59,102 nucleotides of DNA from a virus (IMGVR_UViG_3300032284_001102:1-59102); one strand, 5' to 3'. Positions 19,128 to 29,800 are shown, counted from the first letter of the stretch. Notes: a model not told the origin generated them from the sequence alone. Numbers and translations: made by a program.

Positions 19128-20582
19128 TTAAATTTTAATTTTATGTTTATATACTCCTGCTTTTATTTCTTCATTTACCAATTCTTTATAATTTATAGTA
19201 TTATATCCAAATAAATCCGTATCCAATACTCCACTTGTTATTTCATAAAAGAACATTTTTTCGTTTTCTGCAAAATTTTCGTCTTTTGTTTCATAAGTGT
19301 AATTATCTAATATAGTGAATTTTTTTGAATTTTCCAAAATTTCAAATTTTCCAATAGATTGTTCAGGCATATTAAACTCATGAGATAAATTTAATTCCTC
19401 TGAGAATATTTGCTGATGTATACCCGATGATACAATTCTTGCATTAGAAAATGATTTAGATGAATCAACATAAAATTCACCAAACTTTTTATCAAAGTCT
19501 ACATTTATTGTAGCTGGGAAATTTGTTTGTATTTGTCCTTCTATGTTTTTATATCCATCGGTATATAATTTTTGTATTTCCGAATTAGTAAGTGCATAAT
19601 CAAATAAACATAAATTTGACAATTTACCTTCAAATGAATCTTTGAATGCCATACTACCAATCCAAATATCTTTTCCTCTAAAATCTTTTAAAGTTTTACC
19701 TATTTCAGATGAACTTACCAATTTACCATCAACATATAAATCCATAACACGTTTGTCTAAATCAACTTTAAGTGCTAGATTTATCCATTTATTTGTATGA
19801 ATTTTGTGTGGATACCAAATTTGATATAAATCATCTACTTCATCCCAAATTTGTGCAACTATTGCTTCATTTCTCATTATAAATAAACCCATATCATAAC
19901 CTTGCTTTCCAATAAGAGTACCATCGGTTGATTGGTCATCGTTTATAAAAGCATTTAAAGAAATTGTAAATGAATCTTCAAATATATAATCCGTTGTTTT
20001 ATTTGCTTTAATCATTGCACAATTATTTTCATCGGATACAAATGGATATATTGTTTTCTTTATAGATTTGTTTACCTCTTTTACTTCCGTTAAAGCGTGG
20101 AATTTAGAAATATCTCTTGTAAAATATCTTTTTGTTAAAAGTAAACCATGTTTATCTAATCTATACAAAAAGTCAGGCCAATGGAATCCACCACCCCAAT
20201 AATCATTACTAAAACCATTTGCTTTAATAAATTGTTTTTTATCAATTTTAAATGCACCACCAATCCAATGTGGGTATGGTTTTAAATTTGGACAAAGATG
20301 TGTTGGGTGATAATTATAATCATAATTACACATTTCCATTTTTGGTAAAATATCAACATCTTGAAATACTATATAATCTGCCCAGTCTTCTACAATTTTA
20401 ACACCTGCATTACATAGTTTACCATAATTAAAAAAGGTATCAGCATCATCTTGTTCTATGAAATGTATTTGGTACTCTACTTTATCTTTTAAGAAATATT
20501 CCATATGACCAATGAAAGTATACATCTGGTCTAGTCTATTCGAAAATGGAACTATTATTGCTAATTTTTTATCAGTAATCAT
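19128..20582 (-). CDS. GT7-LamG paralogue with degenerate catalytic motif
   Basis: VPFSNR, FNYGKLCNAG, QDVDILP, but YWGGGFHWPD in place of WGxEDDD; LamG LYVDG. Confidence 0.75.
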   Translation of the reverse strand: MITDKKLAIIVPFSNRLDQMYTFIGHMEYFLKDKVEYQIHFIEQDDADTFFNYGKLCNAGVKIVEDWADYIVFQDVDILPKMEMCNYDYNYHPTHLCPNLKPYPHWIGGAFKIDKKQFIKANGFSNDYWGGGFHWPDFLYRLDKHGLLLTKRYFTRDISKFHALTEVKEVNKSIKKTIYPFVSDENNCAMIKANKTTDYIFEDSFTISLNAFINDDQSTDGTLIGKQGYDMGLFIMRNEAIVAQIWDEVDDLYQIWYPHKIHTNKWINLALKVDLDKRVMDLYVDGKLVSSSEIGKTLKDFRGKDIWIGSMAFKDSFEGKLSNLCLFDYALTNSEIQKLYTDGYKNIEGQIQTNFPATINVDFDKKFGEFYVDSSKSFSNARIVSSGIHQQIFSEELNLSHEFNMPEQSIGKFEILENSKKFTILDNYTYETKDENFAENEKMFFYEITSGVLDTDLFGYNTINYKELVNEEIKAGVYKHKIKI

Positions 20583-20597
20583 TTAGTAACTTATTGT

Positions 20598-21446
20598 TTA
20601 TATAGATATAATTTTTTTAAATAATTTATTCCATTGTTTGTAATTGTTTTTACCCACATATTCAAACACATATTCTTTATTTGTAACATCCATTTCAAAA
20701 TTATTACTTCTTAAAGCTTGATACATTTTTAAATATTCATCTGAAAATGAATAATCTTTTCTAATATCTGCAACTTGTTTAATTCTTTCTACACAAGTCG
20801 AATCCCATTTGAAATGATGAACCTGAACATTATAATCATCCACAGGTGCAATTAAAGGATGATTCCAACCTTGCCATCTCCAAGTCGTTTGTCCGTCTAT
20901 TTTTGCGTAGTGTTGACCAGGTGTTATTTCAATATACCCTTTCATTATACATACTTTATTAGGACACGCTCCACTCATTGGATATCTAAAAAATCCTGCA
21001 ACTGGAAATTGTTCAAATATATTTTCTTTTTTATTTATCTTTGGAAAATCACCGGTTTGTCCTATTCTATCAATAAATCCACCTCTTACTAACTCCCATC
21101 CATTTCTTTCACAATCTGATATAATTTCATTTAATGGTTTTGAATAAATATGCAATTCATCATCATCTGAAACTATCCACCAATCATCAGGAAATAACAT
21201 TTTAGTTTCGTTATATAATTCAGTAACATATTCCCAATTAAACTTTTCTTTTGTTACTCTTTGTACAATTTTAGCTTTATCAAATTCTTTTGTTATTTTT
21301 AAAACTTCATTATAAGTACTTGAACCTTCCCACTCATAAACTACAACATACATTTCGTCTACCAAATCTTTATAATGATTTAACATATGCCATAATGTAT
21401 CTGTTCGTGAACCTGTTACTGTAACTAATCTTATTTTTTTATTCAT
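20598..21446 (-). CDS. GT-A fold glycosyltransferase (GT2-like)
   Basis: L.HY, WWIVSDDDE, G.H, VHHFKW. Confidence 0.65.
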   Translation of the reverse strand: MNKKIRLVTVTGSRTDTLWHMLNHYKDLVDEMYVVVYEWEGSSTYNEVLKITKEFDKAKIVQRVTKEKFNWEYVTELYNETKMLFPDDWWIVSDDDELHIYSKPLNEIISDCERNGWELVRGGFIDRIGQTGDFPKINKKENIFEQFPVAGFFRYPMSGACPNKVCIMKGYIEITPGQHYAKIDGQTTWRWQGWNHPLIAPVDDYNVQVHHFKWDSTCVERIKQVADIRKDYSFSDEYLKMYQALRSNNFEMDVTNKEYVFEYVGKNNYKQWNKLFKKIISI

Positions 21447-21453
21447 TCTTTTT

Positions 21454-22212
21454 TTAAGCTTTTCTAGTAAGTAGTGTTATACCTGTACTTGTAACCTTTT
21501 TATCAAACATACGATAATTTTTTAAATTTACCAAATTCCACTCACTATTTTTTTCTAAATCTTTAATATATTTTGCAGGGCCATCAAAAGCAACAAAATC
21601 TTCTTTTGCATTTTCGGTTACAATAAATGTATCATGATAATTTTGGTCTATGTCGTGAATAGTAATAATTGCATTTTCAGACATAATTGTAGAATATAAT
21701 TCAAAATCTTTTTTAACTCCTTCGTATGAATGGTCTCCGTCAATGTGTAGATAATCTATTTTAATATCTTGTCTTACAAAATAATCATAGAATGTTTTTT
21801 CAGAAGTTTCTAAAATAACTTGTGGTTCAAAATGTTGTCTTAAAAAAGAATTTTCTTCTGTCCAGTCAGTAAATCCACCCACACCATTTGCCGCATCAAT
21901 TATAATAGTAGTTCCTATATCTCCCCACTCTGCAGAATTATTACCATCAAACATTCCCTGTTCCCATAAATCTTTTCTTGCTTGCGTCATCAGTCGTGGT
22001 ATGAATCCTCCTCCTGACCCAATACAGACGCATACCTTTGCTCTAATAAACTGAATAAAGGAATATATCAAAAGTCCATCTCCTAAGTGTAAATCGGTTG
22101 CACCATGTGTCCAACGATATTTAACAGGTTCTAAAACTTCTTCACCTTCTTCGTTTATTTTGTGATTATTTGCAAGGTATTTTTTTATAAGTACATCGTT
22201 AAGTAACTGCAT
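21454..22212 (-). CDS. Class I SAM-dependent methyltransferase (Methyltransf_24-like)
   Basis: IGSGGG, LHIDGDHSYEGVKKDF, IHD. Confidence 0.85.
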   Translation of the reverse strand: MQLLNDVLIKKYLANNHKINEEGEEVLEPVKYRWTHGATDLHLGDGLLIYSFIQFIRAKVCVCIGSGGGFIPRLMTQARKDLWEQGMFDGNNSAEWGDIGTTIIIDAANGVGGFTDWTEENSFLRQHFEPQVILETSEKTFYDYFVRQDIKIDYLHIDGDHSYEGVKKDFELYSTIMSENAIITIHDIDQNYHDTFIVTENAKEDFVAFDGPAKYIKDLEKNSEWNLVNLKNYRMFDKKVTSTGITLLTRKA

Positions 22213-23171
22213 ATTTCTTTAATCCATTTTTGTTTGTTAGTATATTTTTCTAGTCCGGCCTTCAACCTATCAAATTGTTTTTTATTTTTTTCAAAACCAT
22301 CTTCTAATATTTTTATGTATTGATAATGAAATTGTTTTTTATTGATTGCTCTATATCTGTATTTAATATCTTTCATCCAATTACCATCTAATATTGGAAG
22401 TTTACCATTATCGATTGCGTCAAATATTGCATATCCAAATGGTTCTTTAGTATATGCACCATGAAATATTTGGAAATTCTTTTCGAAAAACTTATTGTGA
22501 AAACGATAATCAAATTCTATAAATTGATGAACGGATGCATTTATTTTACTGCCTTCTAACATTCTTTTATAATCATATTTGTTTGAAAATACAAACGCAG
22601 GAATACCATCCAAATAATGTGCATTTTTTCTAGTTTCACATCTTGCAGCATATCCAATTTTATTATCAATTATTCCTACAAATGGTTTTTTATTTTTCCA
22701 TTCATAGTAATTTGGAATTGTAATTGTTTTTGGATAGTAAGTATGTATGGTATCCTTTTCATAACCAATCCAAATAATATTTTCAGAATTCTCTAATATA
22801 TCTTTTTGCCAATGCCAATCCAATCTTGTCATTACATTTTCATATTCATCATTTAATCCAACCATATCTGGAATAAAAGCATGGACAAATGTAAGATATG
22901 TTTTATGTAAATATTTTTGAATGATAGGATTTGGTTTATATGAATGATGTAAAAAAATAATCTTATCACACTCATTTAATATTTTATCAACTTCTTTTTC
23001 GTTTCCAAAAGTATAAATTGCATCAATTTCTCTAAATAAAGGTCTACCATCAATAACAATTTTATAATCTTCTTTTATCAATGGTAAAACATTTTCAATA
23101 AAATTGTTGCACCAAATATCAGCACCTCCGATGATATTTTTTCCGTAACCTGTTGTAATAAACACTATCAT
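22185..23171 (-). CDS. GT-B fold glycosyltransferase (GT4-like)
   Basis: GGA, IPN, R...RKN, EPFGYAIFDA...G..P. Confidence 0.75.
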   Translation of the reverse strand: MIVFITTGYGKNIIGGADIWCNNFIENVLPLIKEDYKIVIDGRPLFREIDAIYTFGNEKEVDKILNECDKIIFLHHSYKPNPIIQKYLHKTYLTFVHAFIPDMVGLNDEYENVMTRLDWHWQKDILENSENIIWIGYEKDTIHTYYPKTITIPNYYEWKNKKPFVGIIDNKIGYAARCETRKNAHYLDGIPAFVFSNKYDYKRMLEGSKINASVHQFIEFDYRFHNKFFEKNFQIFHGAYTKEPFGYAIFDAIDNGKLPILDGNWMKDIKYRYRAINKKQFHYQYIKILEDGFEKNKKQFDRLKAGLEKYTNKQKWIKEICSYLTMYL

Positions 23172-23216
23172 ATAAATAATTATTATTTTTATTCAAAAAT
23201 AGCAGAAGCACATCCT

Positions 23217-24065
23217 CTACATATTGTATTGTATTAATACTGATTTTTTTGCAGTTTTTTGAATTAATAGTGGAGTAAGATACTTAAAGTAATATTCTTC
23301 CTTAATCTCATTTTGCTTCGATTTAAGGAACTCATAGTATGGTTTGTATACTTTACCTAGCTCTTCATCAGATATGGGAGCCAGTGGTTCGTTTGCCCTA
23401 TTTTTACTACCTTCTTTATGGTTTTCAAAGTTATTAGGATTATCTATATCACCACTTTGTTTATGACCGGAAATGTGGGATGGGTCTGACCAATTAAAAC
23501 AATAAGATGGAATATAATTTTGATTCCATTCATCTAATTCACCTTTATCTCTTAAAACTGTATACCAACTTAATCCTTCATATCCCGTCTTATCTGAACG
23601 AAAACCTATCTCTTTTATCCTATCCATTTTAACTATGATACTTGCTTCCATTGTGTTTTGTGCAAATTCAATTCCATTTCCACTTGCAAATAAACTTCTT
23701 TGTGGTTTCCATGCATCTTTTCCAATTTCTTCTATACCTTCTACTGCCTGTTGAATATGATATGGTAAATAAATGTCATCATCGTCCGCCAACATAAAAT
23801 ATTCACCACTACAATAAGTTACTGCATCTCTACAAATATCTCCTCTGTTTGTATATGGTTGTTTAGTAATATAATCTATTGAATTATTTATAATCCTTAC
23901 ATCATCCCAAATTCCTAATCCACCTAATTCGATTGGATTTTCTGTATCTGTATTGAATATTATTAACTCTTTATTTTTATATGTTTGTGCTGCGTATTGT
24001 GCTAATATTCTTCTTACACAATAAAATCTTCTGTATGTAGTGCAAACAAAACTTACTTTTTTCAT
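23217..24065 (-). CDS. Glycosyltransferase family 2
   Basis: VSFVCTTYRR, QTY.N.ELII, ADDDDIYLP. Confidence 0.85.
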   Translation of the reverse strand: MKKVSFVCTTYRRFYCVRRILAQYAAQTYKNKELIIFNTDTENPIELGGLGIWDDVRIINNSIDYITKQPYTNRGDICRDAVTYCSGEYFMLADDDDIYLPYHIQQAVEGIEEIGKDAWKPQRSLFASGNGIEFAQNTMEASIIVKMDRIKEIGFRSDKTGYEGLSWYTVLRDKGELDEWNQNYIPSYCFNWSDPSHISGHKQSGDIDNPNNFENHKEGSKNRANEPLAPISDEELGKVYKPYYEFLKSKQNEIKEEYYFKYLTPLLIQKTAKKSVLIQYNM

Positions 24066-25006
24066 ATTAATACTGATTTTTTAGCTGTTTCACATATTTC
24101 TTGCCAATAATGCCAATTGGCTGTTTCGGTTTTGATAGTTAATTCTTTATCATATGGAAGTTCATTCATATATAATGCTTTATAAAATAGGCCATCATTA
24201 GGAGAAGTTACACCAGCATTATGATAAATGTTCATATCAAACCAATCCTTTTCTGCAGATGTTGCCCATGCAAATTCTAAATCTTTATGACAGATAGTTT
24301 GATTTCCTAATTTCCATCCGTTCCAAAGTACTGCCCACATATCTGCACACCATATTTGTAACTCGTGATAATCTGGTTTTAATTCTTTTTTTATATTATT
24401 TAATGCTGTAATTTGTGTAAAAAGATTTTCTGAATCCCTTTCTACTCTATCCCAAAAATCGTAATCTAAACCTTTCATTATATATTGAGCCCCAATAGAA
24501 TTTAATTCATTATCTTTTATTATTTGTTTGTCTATATCAATTATTTCACACATTTTATCCAATATATCTTCACCTTTTGATTTTATATAATCATAACCAA
24601 TATACCATCTACAATCTGACCCATACCAATTTTCATCTTCAATCATATCATTTGTTATCCATTTATTAATAGGTTTTGTAAATGCTATATCACAATCATG
24701 ATAAAATATTGTTTCATTTTTTAATTCTTGATTTTTAAAAAAATGTTGTTTTAAAATATTGGGCCTAATTGAAGATGTATATTTTTTTGTTAATCTATTG
24801 TCATCATAAAAAAAGAATCGTACAAAATTATAATTTTCGGCTAATTTTATCCAATCATCAGGTATTATATCAGTTTGTTTAGCACATAAAATATCTATAT
24901 TATTTGGATTAACTCCCATTTTTATAAAATTATTTATCATAACTTCAACTTGCCATGTATAATAAGTTATACATGGTTGTGCACAAATAAATCTTAAATT
25001 TTTCAT
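24062..25006 (-). CDS. Putative protein O-glycosyltransferase (GT95 HPAT/GT96 SGT1-like)
   Basis: YYTWQ, Y.SSIRP, DCD, AQY and WCADMWA in the order of the plant motifs YxxWQ, YxxxN(R/K)P, DxD and WxxEMY. Confidence 0.55.
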   Translation of the reverse strand: MKNLRFICAQPCITYYTWQVEVMINNFIKMGVNPNNIDILCAKQTDIIPDDWIKLAENYNFVRFFFYDDNRLTKKYTSSIRPNILKQHFFKNQELKNETIFYHDCDIAFTKPINKWITNDMIEDENWYGSDCRWYIGYDYIKSKGEDILDKMCEIIDIDKQIIKDNELNSIGAQYIMKGLDYDFWDRVERDSENLFTQITALNNIKKELKPDYHELQIWCADMWAVLWNGWKLGNQTICHKDLEFAWATSAEKDWFDMNIYHNAGVTSPNDGLFYKALYMNELPYDKELTIKTETANWHYWQEICETAKKSVLI

Positions 25007-25021
25007 AACAATTATTTAATT

Positions 25022-26866
25022 TTAACAAGGTAATCCTACCGCACCTGCTCCAGCAACATATACCGTTGTATTACCATAAATTGTTACAATACCAGGACCA
25101 CAAGATGTTGGTGTTACGGAAATTGTTGATGTTTGTGCGGTTGTATAATATCCTCCACTTGATGGCCCAGCTGCAGGAGCTGTCCAAAAATATAATGTAT
25201 CACCAGACCTTACACCTGTTATTGTTGGAGAAATGGCCGTAAATGTTGCAGATGTTAATGCTGGGGACATTTGATTTGCATTTAAAGGATTCGAATCATT
25301 AATAGTGTACCACACATACATTTGTCCTCTTTGTGAACCCAATCTTGCACCATTTATTGAAACGGAATATGTAGAAGGTGCACTTGTAGTTGTAGTGGTT
25401 GTAGTGGTTGTAGTATAAGACGCACATGTACCATATGATGTAATTTCTCCACTTGACACATAAAATACATTTGAAGCATTTGAATACCATCCATCGGCCA
25501 ATAATGTAGTAAGATAGTTATTACTATAAACGGATATAGTATTTCCCAAAGAACTCACATCAGGTGCAGTCCATATAATAACTCCAGTTGAACTTCCACA
25601 TGCATCTAATGCACTGGTTCCACTATACCATCCAGTCCATTTTTTACCAGTTGGAGGTGCAACCGTTGTTGTAGTGGTAGTTGTTGTTGTGGTTGCAACA
25701 CAATTAACTACATTGCCTGTTATAGCTTTACCATAGCCGGTAGTTGCTTGATAAATATATACAATGTATGTACCATTAGTTATACCCGTAAATGTATAAT
25801 CAGTACCATTACTAGGTATGGTTGTTGTTGCGTATGTAACAGGTGCACCTGAATTTGTACTATACCCTACTTTATATGGTGCACCTCCACCACCCGCAAT
25901 ATTATAAATACGAATTGTTCCTGTTCCTGGTGTTCCATCTCCTGCACAACCAACTTCTACCGTTGCCGTTATTGCTGGTAATGTGGTGGTAGTTGTAGTC
26001 GTAGTAGTCGTTGCGGTACAAGATACAATTGCTGAACTATATCCTTCGTTGCCAACACTATCTATTATTACAACATAATATGTCGCATTGTCTAATGGAA
26101 ATTGTGTCCACGAAGTTAAACCTGTTATATCAACCTGATGTGCTCTAGCATTTGTTTGTGCTGTTCCTAAAGTTGTACCATATCCTAACCACTTAAATGT
26201 ACCATTACCACCGGCAAATGTATTCGCAGTTATTCTACCTGTTCCTGGTACTCCTGTTCCCTCACAAGTAGCAATAACACTTAATGTAACAGGTGGCAAT
26301 GTTGTCGTAGTTGTGGTTGTAGTAGTGGTAGTTGTGGTTGTAGTTGTACAACTTACTGTTACTGCTACATTTTGAACAGAAGTGCCACCATCCGATGTTT
26401 TAACTGCAACATACCAAGTTCCATTTGCAATTCCAGTCCAATCATAAAAAGTTGCACCTGCACCCAATGTAATTCTACCACCCGCACCTCCATTTACTGC
26501 AGTAATAGCATTTGCTTGTGAATTTGCGTATGCAACATAAGAATAAACTCCATTACCACCTGAGAATGATGACCTCCAAGCTCCTGTTACACCCGAACAC
26601 GTAACTGCTCCATTTGTTACTACCAATGGTGCTAATGTAGTTGTAGTGGTCGTAGTTGTAGTTGTTGTTGTAGTAGTTGTAGTAGTAGTTGTTGTAGTTG
26701 TGCCAGAATATGAATAAAATTCACTTAATTTATCTGGTGCATCGAATTTTGTATCTCCCGTAGCTAATTTTGCTGCCGCAGAATATGCTCTCAACGAATT
26801 CGATGTAGAATTCAATTCAGTTTTTATTTGTGACATTTTAATTGCTCCAGATGCTTGTAGTGGCAT
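25022..26866 (-). CDS. Mucin-like putative virion fibre/decoration protein with five poly-Thr linkers
   Basis: Thr tracts of 10-22 residues separating Cys-flanked beta-rich domains; N-terminal MPLQASGAI..S.I..E seen in phage fibre-associated proteins; coupled to the tail fibre gene. Confidence 0.7.
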   Translation of the reverse strand: MPLQASGAIKMSQIKTELNSTSNSLRAYSAAAKLATGDTKFDAPDKLSEFYSYSGTTTTTTTTTTTTTTTTTTTTTTLAPLVVTNGAVTCSGVTGAWRSSFSGGNGVYSYVAYANSQANAITAVNGGAGGRITLGAGATFYDWTGIANGTWYVAVKTSDGGTSVQNVAVTVSCTTTTTTTTTTTTTTTTLPPVTLSVIATCEGTGVPGTGRITANTFAGGNGTFKWLGYGTTLGTAQTNARAHQVDITGLTSWTQFPLDNATYYVVIIDSVGNEGYSSAIVSCTATTTTTTTTTTLPAITATVEVGCAGDGTPGTGTIRIYNIAGGGGAPYKVGYSTNSGAPVTYATTTIPSNGTDYTFTGITNGTYIVYIYQATTGYGKAITGNVVNCVATTTTTTTTTTVAPPTGKKWTGWYSGTSALDACGSSTGVIIWTAPDVSSLGNTISVYSNNYLTTLLADGWYSNASNVFYVSSGEITSYGTCASYTTTTTTTTTTSAPSTYSVSINGARLGSQRGQMYVWYTINDSNPLNANQMSPALTSATFTAISPTITGVRSGDTLYFWTAPAAGPSSGGYYTTAQTSTISVTPTSCGPGIVTIYGNTTVYVAGAGAVGLPC

Positions 26867-29800
26867 TATTTATTTTTTAATTCGTCTACTTGTTTTTTCA
26901 ATTCTTTAATTGCTTCAACTAATAATGGAACTATTTTTTCGTATTGGATTGTTAGATAATTTTCACCACTTTTTGATTCACCCGTTTTAGTATCCATATC
27001 AAATGGTGCTGGTTTTATAATTTGTGGTAATACTGATTGAACTTCTTGTGCCAAAAATCCAACCTCTTCGTTATCATTTTTATTAGCTAATTCCTTTGCA
27101 GTTTCATTCCAATTAAAATATACACCATTTATTTTTGATAATTTTTCTAATGGATTATCTATTATTCTAATATTATTTTTTAATCGTTTATCAGAAGTGT
27201 TTGCAGTTACATCACCTGTAAATGTACCGTCTCCTCCAACTTGTAACATAGCGGTAACACCGGCTCTATCCATAATTACATAGTTTGCCGAATCTCTACC
27301 AACTTGAATACCACCTGCAATAATTTCTACAAATGAATTAGCTTTAGCTATGGTCACACTTAACGCAGGTTGTCTATATGAATTACCAGTTAAACCACTA
27401 CCATTATATTGTAATTTAAATCTTTGTTTTATTGTCCAAGTATTACCATTTCCGGTCATAGTTAATGATTTAGCTACACCATTTATAGCTGCCCAATTCG
27501 CAGTACTACCAAAAGTAACACCATCTTTATATTCACCAATGATGGTTTCGGTAATACCATTATCAACTACAATTTGTGACCAAACATCGATTGTAAACGC
27601 CGTTCCACTCATTACAACTGCCGAAACACCATTTGTTTCAGTCCAAGTTCCCGTAACATTATATGTTCCACCGGAAACAGTGGTTACTGTACCTAATGTT
27701 CTATCATATGTTCCTGCTGTATATCCACCTGCAGTATTATTTGAAGATAAACCACTAACAGTTGTAGGAGAACCAGCACTCAATGAGCTAAATGATGTAT
27801 TTTGGTTAATTAATACTCTAGGTACTGCACTTGTATCCGAAATTGTTATGGATTTAGCGGTAGAGTTCAATGAAATTGCGTTTGGAACATATATTGAAGA
27901 AGAATCAATATACCAACCACCAATTCTACCACTAGCCGCTGTTACATCACCTGCAAATGAACCACCTGCTGCAACTAATGTTCCTGTAAAGTCACCACCT
28001 GCTGCAGATAAATTTCCACTAAAAGTACCACCTGCTGCAGATAAATTTCCACTAAAAGTACCACCACCATTTATGTTTAAAGTACTTCCATTCCAAGTTA
28101 ATCCAGTACCTAATGAAAATATATTAGTAGAACCTGATGCAAAATAGAAAGGAGTATTTGTACTATTATATGTTCCTGTTCCTACATAAATTGCTTTATT
28201 TACACCATCCAATGTTATACCATTTTGTCCAACTTTTAATATGTTAGAAATATATCCGTTTTGGCCACCTATATTTGGAGAATAAATTGTTGTATTTCCA
28301 ATAAATGAACCACTATATGCTCCATTAGCTAATGTTTGTAATAAAGCAGTTGATTGGTTGTATGTATTATTAGACGCACTTATTGCTTGATTTGTTGCAA
28401 ATATCTGAGCTGCAGATGCTGATATTGATGCCGAAGCTGCAGCATTGGCCGAATATAATGAACTTGATACTACTGCATTTCCTGCAGCATTTGAACCCGA
28501 TACTACTGCATTTCCTGCAGCATTTGAACCCGATACTACCGCTCTTTGTGAATATAGTAAAGCATTTACATCAGTTGCAGCATTACCACCCGTAACAGTT
28601 ATTGAACCATTGACCGATAGATTGCCTGCACCATCAAATGTCAATTTATCTGCTAATGAAAATTTACCACTACTATCTAAATAAACATTTGTATTTGTAT
28701 TATTATATGCTCCTGAATATTCAGTATCACCGGATGGTATTGCACCACCTATAAATATTTTTCTTGGTGTTTGTCTTGCATCTAAATAAATTGAATTTGG
28801 AGATTGTCCTACTTTAAATAATGTACTAAAATATCCCAACTGACCACCAATAACCGGAGCATAAATTATATTACCACTTATAAATGAACCACTATAATTA
28901 CCATTAGCTAAACTTTGTACATATGTGAAAGATTGTGTTAATGAGTTATAAACACTTGTACTTATAGATGCACTTAATGCAGATTGTGATGATGAAACCG
29001 AACCACTTAGTGTATAAACAGAACTACTCGCATATCCAAATGAAGATGATAGAGACGAACTAATAGAACCTGTTAATAATTGAACTGATGTACTAACCGA
29101 ACCACTTAAATTAAATACTGAACCACTAACTATTCCAACAGAACTACTAGCCGATGAACTATATACAGTCATTGTTCCACTAATAGAAGATGATACTCTA
29201 TTTAAATCTGCTAATGATTGAGAAGTTGAAGAACTGATTAATAAGATAGTTTCACCTATGTTAGTATTTCCTCCATTAAATATAGCACTTTGTGTAACTG
29301 CTACTGGAACATAATTATTATTTACATCGTAAAATTCAAATTTAAAATTATAAGTTTCATTACCAATTACCGTTGGCATTGTAGTAACAAATGAAATTTC
29401 ATCTGGAGAAAATGCAGTATCTTGTGATAATTTTAAACTAATATTTCCCAAATGCCACTCTCCTTGCGATTGTGAAAAATACAAACTTGCAGATGGATAG
29501 TCCGTATCTATTTTAAATGGAATAACTATATTTGATAAATTTTTAGTAGGTGCGGTACCATTTAATGTTGCAATACTACTACCTGTTAAGCCCGAAACTA
29601 AATAAATTCCTAAATTACTTGATATAGATGATGAATAAAATGCATCTAAATTTAATTCATAAGTATTTGTACTTTTTATATCTAAAGAAGATGTATATGT
29701 AAATAAACCACTACCATTTAGTGCAATACCACTTTCAATTCTACTTGATGTAAGATATACATTTAACGAACCAGTATTCCAAAAATTAGTTAATGTTTCT

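Noticed and set aside
23171-23178. TATTTATA as a late promoter for the GT4-like gene
   Set aside because: The motif overlaps the start codon itself, leaving no room for a transcript start; likely chance in AT-rich DNA
27350-28684. Long plus-strand ORFs (265, 70 and 79 aa) within the tail fibre
   Set aside because: Antisense frames kept open by Gly/Ser/Thr/Ala-rich codons; no independent support
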